Below are positions 12,832-25,500 of a stretch of DNA of 64,000 bases, one piece after another. This DNA is from Adineta vaga (Eukaryota > Animalia > Rotifera). The notes beneath the pieces were generated by a model. That model made no database searches, was not told where the DNA came from, and saw only the letters and a program-made list of their open reading frames with translations. The first letter of the stretch is position 1; the number at the start of each line of letters is the position of its first letter. The DNA lies in contig CP075497.1 in the NCBI GenBank assembly GCA_021613535.1, positions 2,418,001-2,482,000 of the forward strand, given 5' to 3'. The position numbers were made by a program, and so were the translations under genes.

Positions 12832-14250
12832 ATGCCAGATTTTGGTCCCTGTGGTGAGCCGGCATGTTCACAAACAGCTGTTCGTTTATTCGATTGCGCG
12901 CATCATTGTATGAAAATGCTTTGCCTTCAACATTTGATTGAACATGATCGTTTATTTGAACGTAACAAAAAACAATTAGAAAATCATCAATTTGAACTCA
13001 AACGTCTCCATTCAATCTATTCATCATTAATCGATGAGAATAAAATTCGATCGGAATATGAGCAGAAATTAGATGATTACAAAAAATTAGTTCATGGAGT
13101 CAATTCTTTAATCGAAACGAATTCAACTGATGTTGAACAATATCGTTTGATAATCGATAAATTAAAGAAAATGATTAATGACAAACAAAAACAATCCGAT
13201 GAAGCTTTAAGTAAAATTTCAAGTTTAGTTCTTTTTCTTGGATCTAAAATCTATTTATTTATCTTTCTTTTAGCTATTGTGAAAGTTGAACCAATTGAAG
13301 AGAATATTTCATCGATGACAGCGACGACGAATTCACCAAGTATAGTCTTCTTTCTTTTCTTCATTCTTTCATACGATCGAAATCTTCATCATTTCAGAAG
13401 ATGATTCAATCTATATTGGTTTTGATCGATTACAAAAGTAATTTTCTATTTCAGTTTTATTTTTTATTAACAAAATTTTATTGTCAATGTAGTCTTGTGA
13501 TTGATACTGATTATCATAAACGAAAAGGTATAATAAGTTCAATAATTTCAATATAATTCTTATCTTTGTAGCAAATGAAAATGCAACAAAGAAAATCAAA
13601 TCAGACAAGTGAGAAGAAAAAGAAGAAAATATGCTCTTTTATTCTTTGTTTCATAGTAAACCAATCATTTCGGATGATAATCATCACGATGATGATGATG
13701 ATGATGACAATGACAATGATAACGCTGTAAAAACAAACTATTTGTAAATTTATTTCGATTATTCAATTGATTTTAGGTTCCAATTATTTCCATTCCTCGA
13801 GTTTCTGCTGTTTGTCCATTATGGATACAAGGCGCCTATGGTCTTAATAAAAAACATCATGCTATTCGATTATGTCGAAAGAAATATTTCACTGATTTAA
13901 GTAATCATATTCGTCAATTTCATGGTTTATTATCACCAGTCGCGAATGTTATTGCTCGTGCTGTTGATGCAAATATTTCTACAACGAAATGTTTAATTCC
14001 GGATGATTTTCAAGTTGCTGATTCACGTCGTAGTTTTCTTTGTCCATTTCGTAATGAATGTTCAACACATTTTTGGTTACCAGGTATTTGTCTTAAATCT
14101 CATCTTATGGATGTTCATAAGATGAGTGCACCAATGGCGGAATTGAAAATGAAAACAATTCGAAAATTAAATAGAAATAAGCCAATGTCAAAAATTCGTA
14201 ATAAAATCTATGAAATCATGGAAGAAATCGATACATTAAGTAAAAAATAA
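12832..14250 (+). CDS. Lineage-specific Cys/His zinc-binding protein (N-terminal B-box-like module, coiled coil, C-terminal CPL..GAYGL and C2H2-like module), paralog A
   Basis: Reads C-x4-C...CAHHCMKMLCLQHLIEH, then a coiled coil and several micro-exons. The last exon encodes CPLWIQGAYGLNKKHH..LC...LSNHIRQFH and CPF...C.....LKSHLMDVH; stop at 14248-14250. Confidence 0.75.
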
Positions 14251-14431
14251 TGCAAAATAGTAAGTAAATTTGAAGCAGATATTGAACTGTTATCAACATA
14301 GTTTTCATTTCGTTTAGTATTCTCAACAACAAAACCAATGTGCTCTGAAACCCGTCATTTCGTTTTCTTTTGTTAAATTGTTTATGTGATAGATAAGAAG
14401 AACATTATTTTTGAAATTTTCTTTTTTAGAT

Positions 14432-15909
14432 ATGTCTCGAATAGGCTGTTGTACTGATGTAACATGTAGTAAAGAATTAACAGAATTATACGAATGTCAT
14501 TGCTGTGATTGGATGATCTGTTTAAAACATTTACTTGAACATGTTGAAGTCGTACAAAAAGAAAAGACGAAACAACTCGATAATCTTCGAAATAATTTAC
14601 TTTCAGTTTCGGAGACATTAGAACATTTAGTGGAGAAAAAGATACAGGAAATTGAACATGAAAAACAATTAGTTAATCAAGCAAAAGTAAAAATTGAATC
14701 ATCGGAATGTTCAAATGAAGAATTGAAAACAATTTTTGATGAAATTAATCAAGCGATTGCATCCAATGCAAAAGGTAATTTGTTTTATTGAATTTTTTGA
14801 AGAAGATTTTGGTGAATTATATTTCATTTAGAAGAAACAGTTGTTAAAGTTGAATCATCATTATGTGATATGAAAAATTCTGGTTATGATAATGAAATAA
14901 TTGAAGAAAAAGTTACCATTTCTGATATTTCGCTGTTGTCGAGACCGATTCTTCAAGAAGTTAAGTATGTTATGGTGATTGACTAAATGTTTTTTTGTAA
15001 AAACATAATCAATATTCGAATCGTTTAGATCCCCAGTTTACAATGCGGTGAGAACTGAAAGGTACGTCGAAGATATGAAATTTACAAGAAAAAGATGAGT
15101 TATTCTAATTTTGCTATTTAGCTCGATCGACTAATTCGTCAGTGTCAAAAAGTAAGAAGAATAGCGTTAATAAATTATAATTATATTTCTTTTTAAGGTA
15201 TTGATTATTCAATGGACACCAATTTGGAAATCGCTAGTTTCAATATTGAAGAGTACGTTAGTTGTTATCTATTCAAATAAATCTATGATTTTCTTTTCTT
15301 TATTTTAGAACTATATTCGATTCAACAAAAGTATGAAATTTATTTCATATAATTTGTATTTTAAAACAACTACTTATGTAGGATGAAGCTCATGATAGAG
15401 AGTATAATCAAGAACATACAGTAAATCCGCGAACTTTTGTTACCCAATGTCCATTAACATTCGATGGTGCTTTTGGTCTTACTGAAGAAAAACATGGATT
15501 CAAATTTTGTTCATCAAATCGAGTTATTCGATCACCATTACTCAGTCATTTCATAAATAAACATCATATAAAAACTATTCATGCTTACCGTCTATGTCGA
15601 GCAACTATCAGTGAACTTGATCCTGCAACAACGAAATTATTTGGAGAAAATGAAGAAGTTATTGATCAAGATGCCTTTATTCCATGTCCGTTTAGTAGTA
15701 ATACAATCAGTTTAATCGGATGTTGTCCACCACACTCAAAAAAGATTCCATGCCGTAAAGAACCAATTCGTGATGCAGCTTTAAGATCACATTTGGTAGT
15801 AGTTCATCGAATTTCTCATTCAATGGCAGCAGAAATTTACAAAATTTACAAAAGTAAATTATCAAAACTGAAATCAACAAATAACAATAATAGTCTTAAT
15901 TCGAACTGA
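14432..15909 (+). CDS. Lineage-specific Cys/His zinc-binding protein, tandem paralog B
   Basis: MSRIGCCTDVTC...YECHCCDWMICLKHLLEH, a coiled coil, VKVE and micro-exons. The last exon encodes CPLTFDGAFGL.EEKH..FC...LLSHFINKH and CPF...C....LRSHLVVVH. The architecture matches 12832-14250. Confidence 0.75.
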
Positions 15910-16362
15910 ATATTTTTTTTCTCCAGTTTTCGTTCGTGAAAACAAAACTTAATCGAATATTGTGTTAATTCTTTCTTGTAATTATTTGGTTTATTTGTTT
16001 GCCTATTTGTTTTATGAAAGAATTATGTTAATAAATAAAAGTATAATTAATCGTTTGAAAAGTTTTGTTCGATAGATCGATGTAACACATGTGCGACATC
16101 TATGAATGTTCGAAAAACAATTTTTGTGAATTAAATGATCAATAGAAATATTTTCTTTGTAATTATTTCAATGAATGAGCACATTTATTACTCTCTATAT
16201 CATCACAACTCATAAAGTCATTATCTACTGGTTTTCTTTATTTGCCATTTATAATTTAAGCATCGTTGTGTGCTTGGGAAGAATCACATATTATTATTAT
16301 TATTATTATTATTCTATTCACACTATTTAAGGTAGAGAGAATATTTCTTTCAAACATTTGAG

Positions 16363-16978
16363 ATGGCTTCTTCATCGAATCAATCTCAACAGCAACAACA
16401 ACAACAGCCAATTAATTATTCAGCTGATGCTTCAACAACAACATCATCATCATCATCATCAAATACAATAGCGAAAACTCCTGTTGCTTTTGATGCAGAT
16501 TTATTTCTTTTTCTTCCTCGTCTTGGTGATATTCTCAAAAGGTAGATCATCAATTGCAATCGTATCTTTCACTTTATTTCTTTTTAGTTTCGACAAAAAT
16601 CCGACGGAATTTAAAACAAAAGTCGAAGAACTACGTAAACAATTTGAATCCTGTCAAGATATGATATCACGAGTCGAAGGAATCGATACAACTCTCGATG
16701 ATCAACGTTTAGAACTTGACCGACTCGATAATGAATTAAAATCGAAAACAGAATTACTTAAAAAACATATTCAAATGTGTAAATTTGATTTAAATATGCC
16801 ACCTAAACAACGACGATTAACATCGGAAACTGAAGAAGATTTAGTGAATCATCCATTAGAAAATCCTTCTAATGCGATGAATATTAATGACGATGATGAT
16901 GAACTTTTTCATTCCGATGAAAATCCTAATTCACAACAAGAAACTCATACTGAATATCTTTCTCCTTTCTTTTCTTAA
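16363..16978 (+). CDS. MED9: Mediator subunit 9
   Basis: FLPRLGDILK|SFDKNP.EF...VEELRKQFE....I..VEGID.....Q...L..L..EL..KTELLKKH..MCKFD matches the Med9 core. One short intron. Confidence 0.8.
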
Positions 16979-17038
16979 TTGTCAGATTTCATGTAAATAA
17001 AACAAATCTATAGATTCATTCGTAATATTTCAGATCAT

Positions 17039-18442
17039 ATGGGTCGAACGGTTTTTCTCGAAACAGATGTTGTGACATCACAATTAAATTCACTTCCAAC
17101 AAATAAATTTTCTTTTGGTTTTCTTTGTGGTCAATGTACGAAATCTGAACGTGATTATATTCATTATATTATCGATGGAGTAACATCTAAACAAACTGAT
17201 ATTGATTCATTCTTTGAATCAGCCGCTAATAATAAAGAATTATGGGCAAAAATCATCGAAATTACCTCTTCATTGTGTGCTGGAGTATCCATCATCGGTT
17301 TTTATTGTCGTGCAAAACTTGAAACATTAAAATCATCGAATTTCTCATTGAAAATTCGTCGATTATTTGATATTCTTCAAAGTGCTCTACGTATTTATGC
17401 ACCATGGAGTTTAAGTCAATCATCTCATCGAATTCTTTTACAATCAGAATTAGGTAGTGGAGGAAATAAATGGATTGTTAAAACTATGGATATGAGTACA
17501 GATGCTGTTCATTTTCGTCCAGTAGAAATGAAAACTTCTGATAGTAAAGCAAATAATGTTTGGTGTATAACAACAACGATCCCTATTCAATTTAATCTAT
17601 GGTTAAATTCGATTTCGAACAATAATAATGATAATCATATCAAATTAATTGAAAAACAATTTGAAGAACAATGGAAACTCTATACTGATAGTTTGAAAGT
17701 AAGATTTTGTCCGTAAACTTCATTTATTATCATGATATCTATTTAGGAAAGTCTTCTATTAATGGATGACCATTTACTTTCATTAGATAATATCAAATTA
17801 CCATCGAAATCAAGTCAAAATTCAGTGGATATTCAATGGTTATCTCCAATTGATTCTCCATTATCAAATGATTATCAAGATGAAAAACGTCTCTGTTATA
17901 AATTTGATGGAAGTGCTAATCTTCGATTTTTTACATGTAATTCGGATTTAACAGGAAACGATATTCGACAATATTTTATTGAAGATCTCTTTCGTTCAAT
18001 GCTGATTCGTTTGAATTTAGCATTGATTAATACTGAATCCAATGCGAATGAAACTGGCTCGATTAGTAAACTGATTTTACCAAGACGAGTTTATGTCAAT
18101 CGGCCTGTTTTTATATCTGCTTATCAACTTGTTCATGAACAATTAGTCAATGTGATTGATTCATTTCAAGAAAATTTTAAAATTTCCTCACTTTTGGAAG
18201 AAGATCTTGAAGCTGCCGAAGAATTTCCACCGGAAATTACGAATGATGAACGAGTCAAACAATTCAATACACAAATGAATAAAGATGATCAACAAACATC
18301 AGCAACGACGAAGAAGAGCATCTATCAAAATGTAATTTCATTGATTGAGCAATATATCGGTACTGGAAATGCAGTACTAGTCACTTTAATTTTTTCAATA
18401 CTCGTTTTATTGATTAGTATCATGATAAAACTTTTTCCATGA
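17039..18442 (+). CDS. ODR4: ODR-4 homolog (tail-anchored ER GPCR chaperone), 2 exons
   Basis: MGRTV N-terminus, GFLCGQ....DYI, L.AGVSIIGFY, EDLFRSM..R, LPRRVYV and a C-terminal transmembrane anchor. Intron at about 17699-17746. Confidence 0.85.
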
Positions 18443-20897
18443 ATTTGATCATTTTGATTTTTAAAAAATATTTATCGTTGTTATTCTCGTTGTTTTCGGA
18501 AAAAAAAGAAATATATATTTATCGGAAAGAATACTTTTAATATCAATGCACAAATCAACCGTAGATTGTTGAGGAATTCCGGTTTTTATATTTCTTGAAT
18601 ATTAACGTATTAATCAATTCGAGGAACTCATAATGAATGCTATCGGCAATATTACTAAATGTACATTATCGATCTTCTTTTTATTCATACATTGTGAAAA
18701 CATTTGAAAAGCTTTTATAGGTGTTTGAACTATTTTTTTTCTCTCTTTGTCTATTGTGTAATTCATTCATTGTCGAAAGGTGTGATTGATTGTCTAATGG
18801 CGGAAAAAGAAGTATTCATGAAGAAACAAAGTTCTTTCTTAATTAGAATTCTTCATTTCATATTTTAGAACGACAAGGAAGATGAACTTTCGATCAAAAT
18901 TGTGGCACTTTTCAATGCATATACAAATGGATCGATAACTCAACAACAATATGCAATGGAAATGAAGAAACTTGGAAAAAACTAACTTATATGACTTTGT
19001 TTATATTTTAAAAAGAAGGATCCATTTGGCTTCTATGAGATTTGTTTAGAGCGATATGAATTTGTACTGAAGGATGTTCACAGACAACGGTCTGTTTGTA
19101 AGCAAATATAAACATTACTGACCTTTCATATCATATGTTGCTTGTTACACAAATTATTCATCTATATGACAATTCTACTTGTCGTTCTGCATCGACAAGA
19201 TCCTTAAAGATATTGCATTCCATTTGAACAATTTTCTACAGATAGATCTTGCCGTTTAAGTAACGGTTTGATGCCGTTACATCTGAAAACTGATTGTTGT
19301 TGAACTTTTCATAGAAATGTTTTGATAAGAAGTCAAGATATTTTCATAAGTAGATTAATAATATTCTGTCATGTATGTATTGAATAACATTTTTCTTTCA
19401 CATCTTACTAGATTGAACTGTATGAAAAGAGAAATAAAACATTTTTCTTTTGCTTCATTCTAATAATGTACTTAATGTCAACTAACTCGTTTACTTACTG
19501 ATATGAAGAAAAAAAAACGTTTGTTTAGTCATTATTAATCTAATATAGATGTCAAAGAACATTTGTTGACTTATGACCTCTAACTATGGATTCTTTTCAT
19601 CAAACATTTCACTTGTTCAATAAAAGTCACTTTTATATGATTTATTCCGATCATCAATTGTTCAATGACAGTTTACTTTTTCTACTCTCTTCTTGTTACA
19701 ACTGACGTTTCAGATCATGTGTAAATTTTATCATTAGTGCAAATATTTCACTTATTGCTCATACTTAACATTACTTTATATGTCATTTGTTATGATTCTC
19801 ATGAAATATTTAAAATAACATGTAACAATCTGCTTAATCTCATTAAGATGATCTTGAAGAAATAAGGCGACACTCGCACTGATAAAGTTAATTGAAAAAA
19901 AAGAAGAGAGATATTGATGATGTAATCATCTGTAATAAGTCATGTCTAAATATCTACATCGAATAAGATTAGATGAAATAGCTAATTGAATTCATGATGA
20001 CACTACTCGTTCTAACAATCACTTCAATTGTAGTATAACGAAAGAAAACGTTGTTAATAAAAATAAACAGATTGTAACCTATAGATGTTCTATAATGTCG
20101 ATTATCTCATCATATTATTAATATCATTTCTTGTCAAGGTTAATACGATGTCTAGTATTCTTTGAAGTCAACTAGTTTGTTCTTCATTCACGACAACGAA
20201 CAGATAACATCATCTTCTAAACTTTACGTCATTTGTATACTAATGTATTAACTGTCGAGTTATTCTCTTCCCTGCGCCTTTTTTCTCTCGAGGAAACGAT
20301 AGTCACAGTTCACACGAACATGTGAAAAAAGAAAGAACTTTTGATATCAATGATTGATAGATCCCATTTCGAAACTGAAAGAACAGCCGGTTTGATCAAT
20401 TTGATGCTTTTGACAAATCGATGATTATCTGAAAGAATTATTTCGAAGGACAAATAGTCTGTCAGAAGAACAATTCGAGCGTCTGTTGACCTTGGTGTTC
20501 TACATAGATACTAAAGCTTACACTCTTAGTTCTGTCTGTGGTAGAAGATTTTTTCTTCTTCTTTCTTTCTTTCTTTCTTTCTTTCTCTTTTTCGTTCTGT
20601 TTCTCTTATATTTTTTTATTCTTTGCTCATTCTAAGTCAAAAAAAAAGTACCCAGTTTGTAAAAGAAGAATCGCAAAACGTTCGTTGTTACTCTACTCCT
20701 TCCAGAAACGAGACTGGTGTTCATCTACAAACAGAAAATTTTTCTCGTTGTCATCAGATTGCAGAACAACTCTTACTATGTGTCGTCAAAACAAATGTGT
20801 AAGTAGAGAAAAAACAAAGCAATAATATCGTTTTTATTACCAGTTTATATTCCATTCTTAGTGATTTGCAAATGTTGACATCAGTATTTTAATCGGT

Positions 20898-21974
20898 ATG
20901 CATTTCGATACAAGACTAGTGATAATATTGACGATCAATTTCATTCATTGTTTTTGTCATTATTCGGATGATGATAGTTATTATTCATTAATTGAATTTA
21001 ATCGTGGTGGTCCATTAACAACTGTGATATTATCATCACCACACGGTGGTTTTCTTGGCGCTAATTTAAGTTCAATAAGAAAAGGAAAATCATCTAATAA
21101 TGACATATCAATTGCACCATTATTACAACTACCTATCGGTGGTTGTTATAACAATACATTAGATCGTTGTGTCTATACATTACGAGATTGCTTAAGATCA
21201 GATGGGAACAATGGTGATCAAATGTCTTTTCATCCTGATGCACGTTGTATTATTGATCGAAGTTCAACATCCGCAATGTACTCATTAACAAAAGCAATCG
21301 CTGAAGTCTTCTCAATAGAACATCGTCCATATACAATTTTAAATAAGCTTACTCGTCAATATGTTGATCCAGCAGAAGATTTACTTTCTGGAACATTTCT
21401 ACTTGAAAGTGCAACACGTGTTTACATGGATTATCATCGTTTAATTGCAATGTCAAAAGAAGCAATACATTCTTTATCACGTGGACTTTTTATTGAATTC
21501 GTTTTTCATAAAAATTCTCAAACTGTTCAACTTGGTTATGGTTTTGAAACAACAAATCGTTCGTCGATTCATAACAAACCTATACAATCAACGATTAATG
21601 AATTAATCACTCGTTCAGGTTCGAATGTCATCAAAGGAAATCATTCACTTGCTTATTTTTTACATCGTAATGGCTTTCAATCTGTAATTCCATTCGAGCA
21701 ACAACGTCAAAGTGTCTATCGTGTATCCACTCATTCAACTCGAATACATGCTGATCAAAGATTTAATACGATCTTATTTTCATATCCAATTGAACGTTTA
21801 AGGACACATACTCTTAAATTAGAAGCAATTCGTATTGCTAAGGCCATCGAACAATTTCTACAAGCAAATCATTTAAAATCGAATTCATCGACATGTTTAT
21901 CTTTTATCAATCCGATCAGTATATTATTCTTGCTATTCTTCTCACAAACATTTTTCTACTATGTACATTTATAA
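20898..21974 (+). CDS. Intronless secreted, probably GPI-anchored protein with an N-formylglutamate-amidohydrolase-like fold (degenerate active site)
   Basis: 358-aa ORF with a signal peptide, VILSSPHGG, PYTILNKLTRQYVDP, A..VYMDYH..I, GLFIEF and a C-terminal S/N-rich omega site plus hydrophobic tail. The fold call rests on motif recall only. Confidence 0.6.
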   Translation: MHFDTRLVIILTINFIHCFCHYSDDDSYYSLIEFNRGGPLTTVILSSPHGGFLGANLSSIRKGKSSNNDISIAPLLQLPIGGCYNNTLDRCVYTLRDCLRSDGNNGDQMSFHPDARCIIDRSSTSAMYSLTKAIAEVFSIEHRPYTILNKLTRQYVDPAEDLLSGTFLLESATRVYMDYHRLIAMSKEAIHSLSRGLFIEFVFHKNSQTVQLGYGFETTNRSSIHNKPIQSTINELITRSGSNVIKGNHSLAYFLHRNGFQSVIPFEQQRQSVYRVSTHSTRIHADQRFNTILFSYPIERLRTHTLKLEAIRIAKAIEQFLQANHLKSNSSTCLSFINPISILFLLFFSQTFFYYVHL

Positions 21975-22599
21975 TTAACATTAGATCATGTTCGTGCACT
22001 CATTCGTTCGTTTCTTTTTTTTTCTTCAAATATTTGTTCGATGATAACGTTGTTATTAGAATTCATTGGACATGCAAACATTATTTTATATAATGGCTGA
22101 CAATGAAAAGAGAATATAAAAAAAATCAAATCCATGTATATGAAACATTTTCTTGGATGAATTCTTTTCTGATTAGATTATAATTATCTTGTATATAAAT
22201 GCTCATAGTTCAATTGTTATAAGAACACTGCCGGCAATTCATTGATATATATATAGAACAGCAGATGGTTAACGTCGCGTCTTAATCAATCGTGTACATG
22301 AACAGGATGAACGTACTTTACTACCAGCTGTGACATAATACACATTTTCATCAACATCAAATGGAAGACAATTTCCTTTTTTAATAGTTATTAGAACTGA
22401 ACATATAGATTGATTTTAAATTGATAGAGAAGAACAGATACACTTACATACAACTGTTCTATTCTATTCGAAGGAAAAAAGGAAACTACGGACCAGCCGC
22501 TAAGCATAATAAACAAATTGAAACGTCTATGAATTTCATATCTGACACACGAAAAAATACACTTGTATAAAAGGAGGAAAAAAACGTTGAGGGAGGCGG

Positions 22600-25500
22600 T
22601 TAAATCGCATTGTTTTCCGAATGACAGATTTTTCCAAATGGACAACTGAATACTTTACAAGATGTACATTGGAATGGAACTGTATAAAATAAAGTGATTA
22701 ATACGATGAATAAGACAATAGTTATCGCTAATGATGTCGTAACAACAACGAGATGTCGAACGTTCTTTTTGTAACTAACATCGGGAAAGACGATCATATT
22801 TAACATAAAACCAATAAGAAAACCAAAGCATTGGGCATAATTGTCAACTAATGGGAGTAAACCAACAGCAAATAATAAGAAAAGACATATGATAATTTTG
22901 AAAAATGGTATCCATGGACGTTTTAAAGAACGCCAACCAAGAAATAATTCACTTAGATAACAAGCAAGAATTGCAAATTGTCCACCACCAGGTCCAACTT
23001 GAATGGTATCACGAAGAAATAAAGCACTGGCTAAACTTCCAACAAAACCCGACACAATATATATGATCATAACACGAATACAACCGGCGAGTTTTTCTAA
23101 TGGACGCATAATTGTATATTGAAATATAATTGTTATTAATAAATGAATTAAACTAAACGAATAAAAAGAAGCCATTTTTTTTTTATAGAAACGAAAGTAT
23201 TTTTACCCAGCATGAATGAAAATCACAGTCCAAAAACGATAGACTTGATCAGGTAAACGAGCTACAAGCAAATGAAAAGAATTGAGACTAAGAAGGAAAT
23301 GTGATAGAAGTTATTTATTTACCAACGAAGAATTCCAGCATACCACAAACACTTTGAATACAATCGACCTAAAATATTCGTTAGATAATTTGAAAATCAA
23401 AGTTTCAACTTACTTGAGAACATAAATGAGCTCGTGGATGAAATATTCCTCGTCGTCGACGGCAGTCTTCACTTGAAGTCAATATACAATCACCCAACAC
23501 ACCTGTACAACATGGTCTTGCTGGAAAAGAAACATATGAAAAATATATCTAACGAAAAAAGATTTCTTTCAAATTTACCTATATTTGTACATTGCATATG
23601 TGGATAGAGAGAAATATTATTAGCAATTCGATTATTGTTTTGATCGAGACATATCTAAATGATCAACAAAGATAAACATAAATTTATCTCAATAATAATC
23701 TTTAAAAGTTATTTACCGGCCATTTAGTAGGAGTTGGAGCCCATTTGAAGACTTTTGAATTGACATATGTCGATGTCCACGAACTATCATCTTCTCGTGG
23801 AACGTTTCCAAATATTTTTTTTGTACAAGTTCTAAAATAAAGACAATTTATAGAAGAAAGTATTTCCCTAATTTTTTCTTACTCAGGTGTCAGTCCGCAT
23901 ACTGCGGGATAAACTACATTATGTTGATCATATAGATTTTTACTTTTCAATGCTGATTGATACCACGTTAAACCTGCTCGAGGCTAAAAAAAATCGTTCA
24001 ATCAAATTCTTATGAAAGAATAGAATTCTTCATACAAGGCATTGTTGAGATAATGTTTGCATACAACGTCCACTCTTTTCGTCAATACAACAACCTGACA
24101 TAGCTTCTAATCTTGCTTGTTTTTCATACCGACTTTTAACTTCATCATGTGAACGAATACATGGTGTATATTTAGCGCCTAATCGAATTAAATCAGCTGG
24201 ATGTGGTCCAAACCATGGATTCATTGTTAAATCAAATCGTTGTTGTTCAAATATAGAAGCATTATTCTAAAAAAAGATTTATATCAATGATTATAAAGTA
24301 GAAATGAGAAGAGAGGAAATACCGATTGTGTGAATGATAATGGTGCATAACCATAGACTATTAGAGAGATAACACAAACAAGAATTTGAACAAATGTAAC
24401 CCAATATGTAAAATAGGGGCGATGTGAACGATAAGATTCTTGAATTTCGACGAATTTCTTCTGTTGTGTTTTTCTTGTTTGACGATTTGAACGAGAAAAA
24501 CGTGAAAAAATCGTATTGAACGGACGAATGTTTACAAATTCTAAAGTATTAAAAGTTTATTCAAAATAAACAATCTAATTTTAATTACGTTGTAATCGTT
24601 GTTGATTCTTTGAAGTATTCGCTCGTGGTGTAACTATAACCGGAGTTGGTGTCACATCATTAATAGCTTGTACAGGCTCAGTACTACAATAATCAATAAA
24701 ATGAAACATCTTTTCAAAAGTTCTAACTTACCAAGGATGACTATCAACTTGATCTTGTTCATTAATTTCATTCAATGGTATCGCTGTTGTCTGATCTTTT
24801 TGATGAGTTTTATTTGATAATGTTATATTATTTAAGCAAACACTTGATTTATCTGCTGGTACATCTTCATCATCTTCCTAGAAATGAAAAATTATGATGA
24901 ATTGAATGTAATTAAAAGCCAGTCAACAAGAAGAAGAAATGCAATCGCAGAAAAGCAGAGAAAAAACCGAAGTTTAAATGAACAATAAGATGCTTTTTCC
25001 CCAGGCAATATAGATCATACAAAATTGAAGAAAATACATATTTATATGAGGCATATACCTCATCATATGAACTCGATGTAGGTATCGATTTCGTACGTGA
25101 TAATTCATCTGTCTGAAAACAATCGATGATAATAATCGAAAAGCTATAAATCGAATATTTACTCACAGAGAGTAAATTACGAACACCGGTGACAGCCATA
25201 CCCAAAATAGATTCACGTTTAACATTTAATGCTTCAGAATCAAGACTTCCAGCTTTCACAAGTTGTGCTGTTGGAATAATAGGTCTTCATATCAATAGGT
25301 AAAATTTTGAAAGACAATCATAATTATTTTCTTACCTATGTTCAATATCAGTACCTTGTTCATGTCCACTGATTTCATCAGCAACTTCTTCTTTTAATTC
25401 CCCACCAAACATACTATATTTACTCAGGAAATTATAACGTCGCTGTTGCCAATTCTCTTTATGTAATGCAGGAGCAGCAGCCGTTGCTAAAACCGGACTT

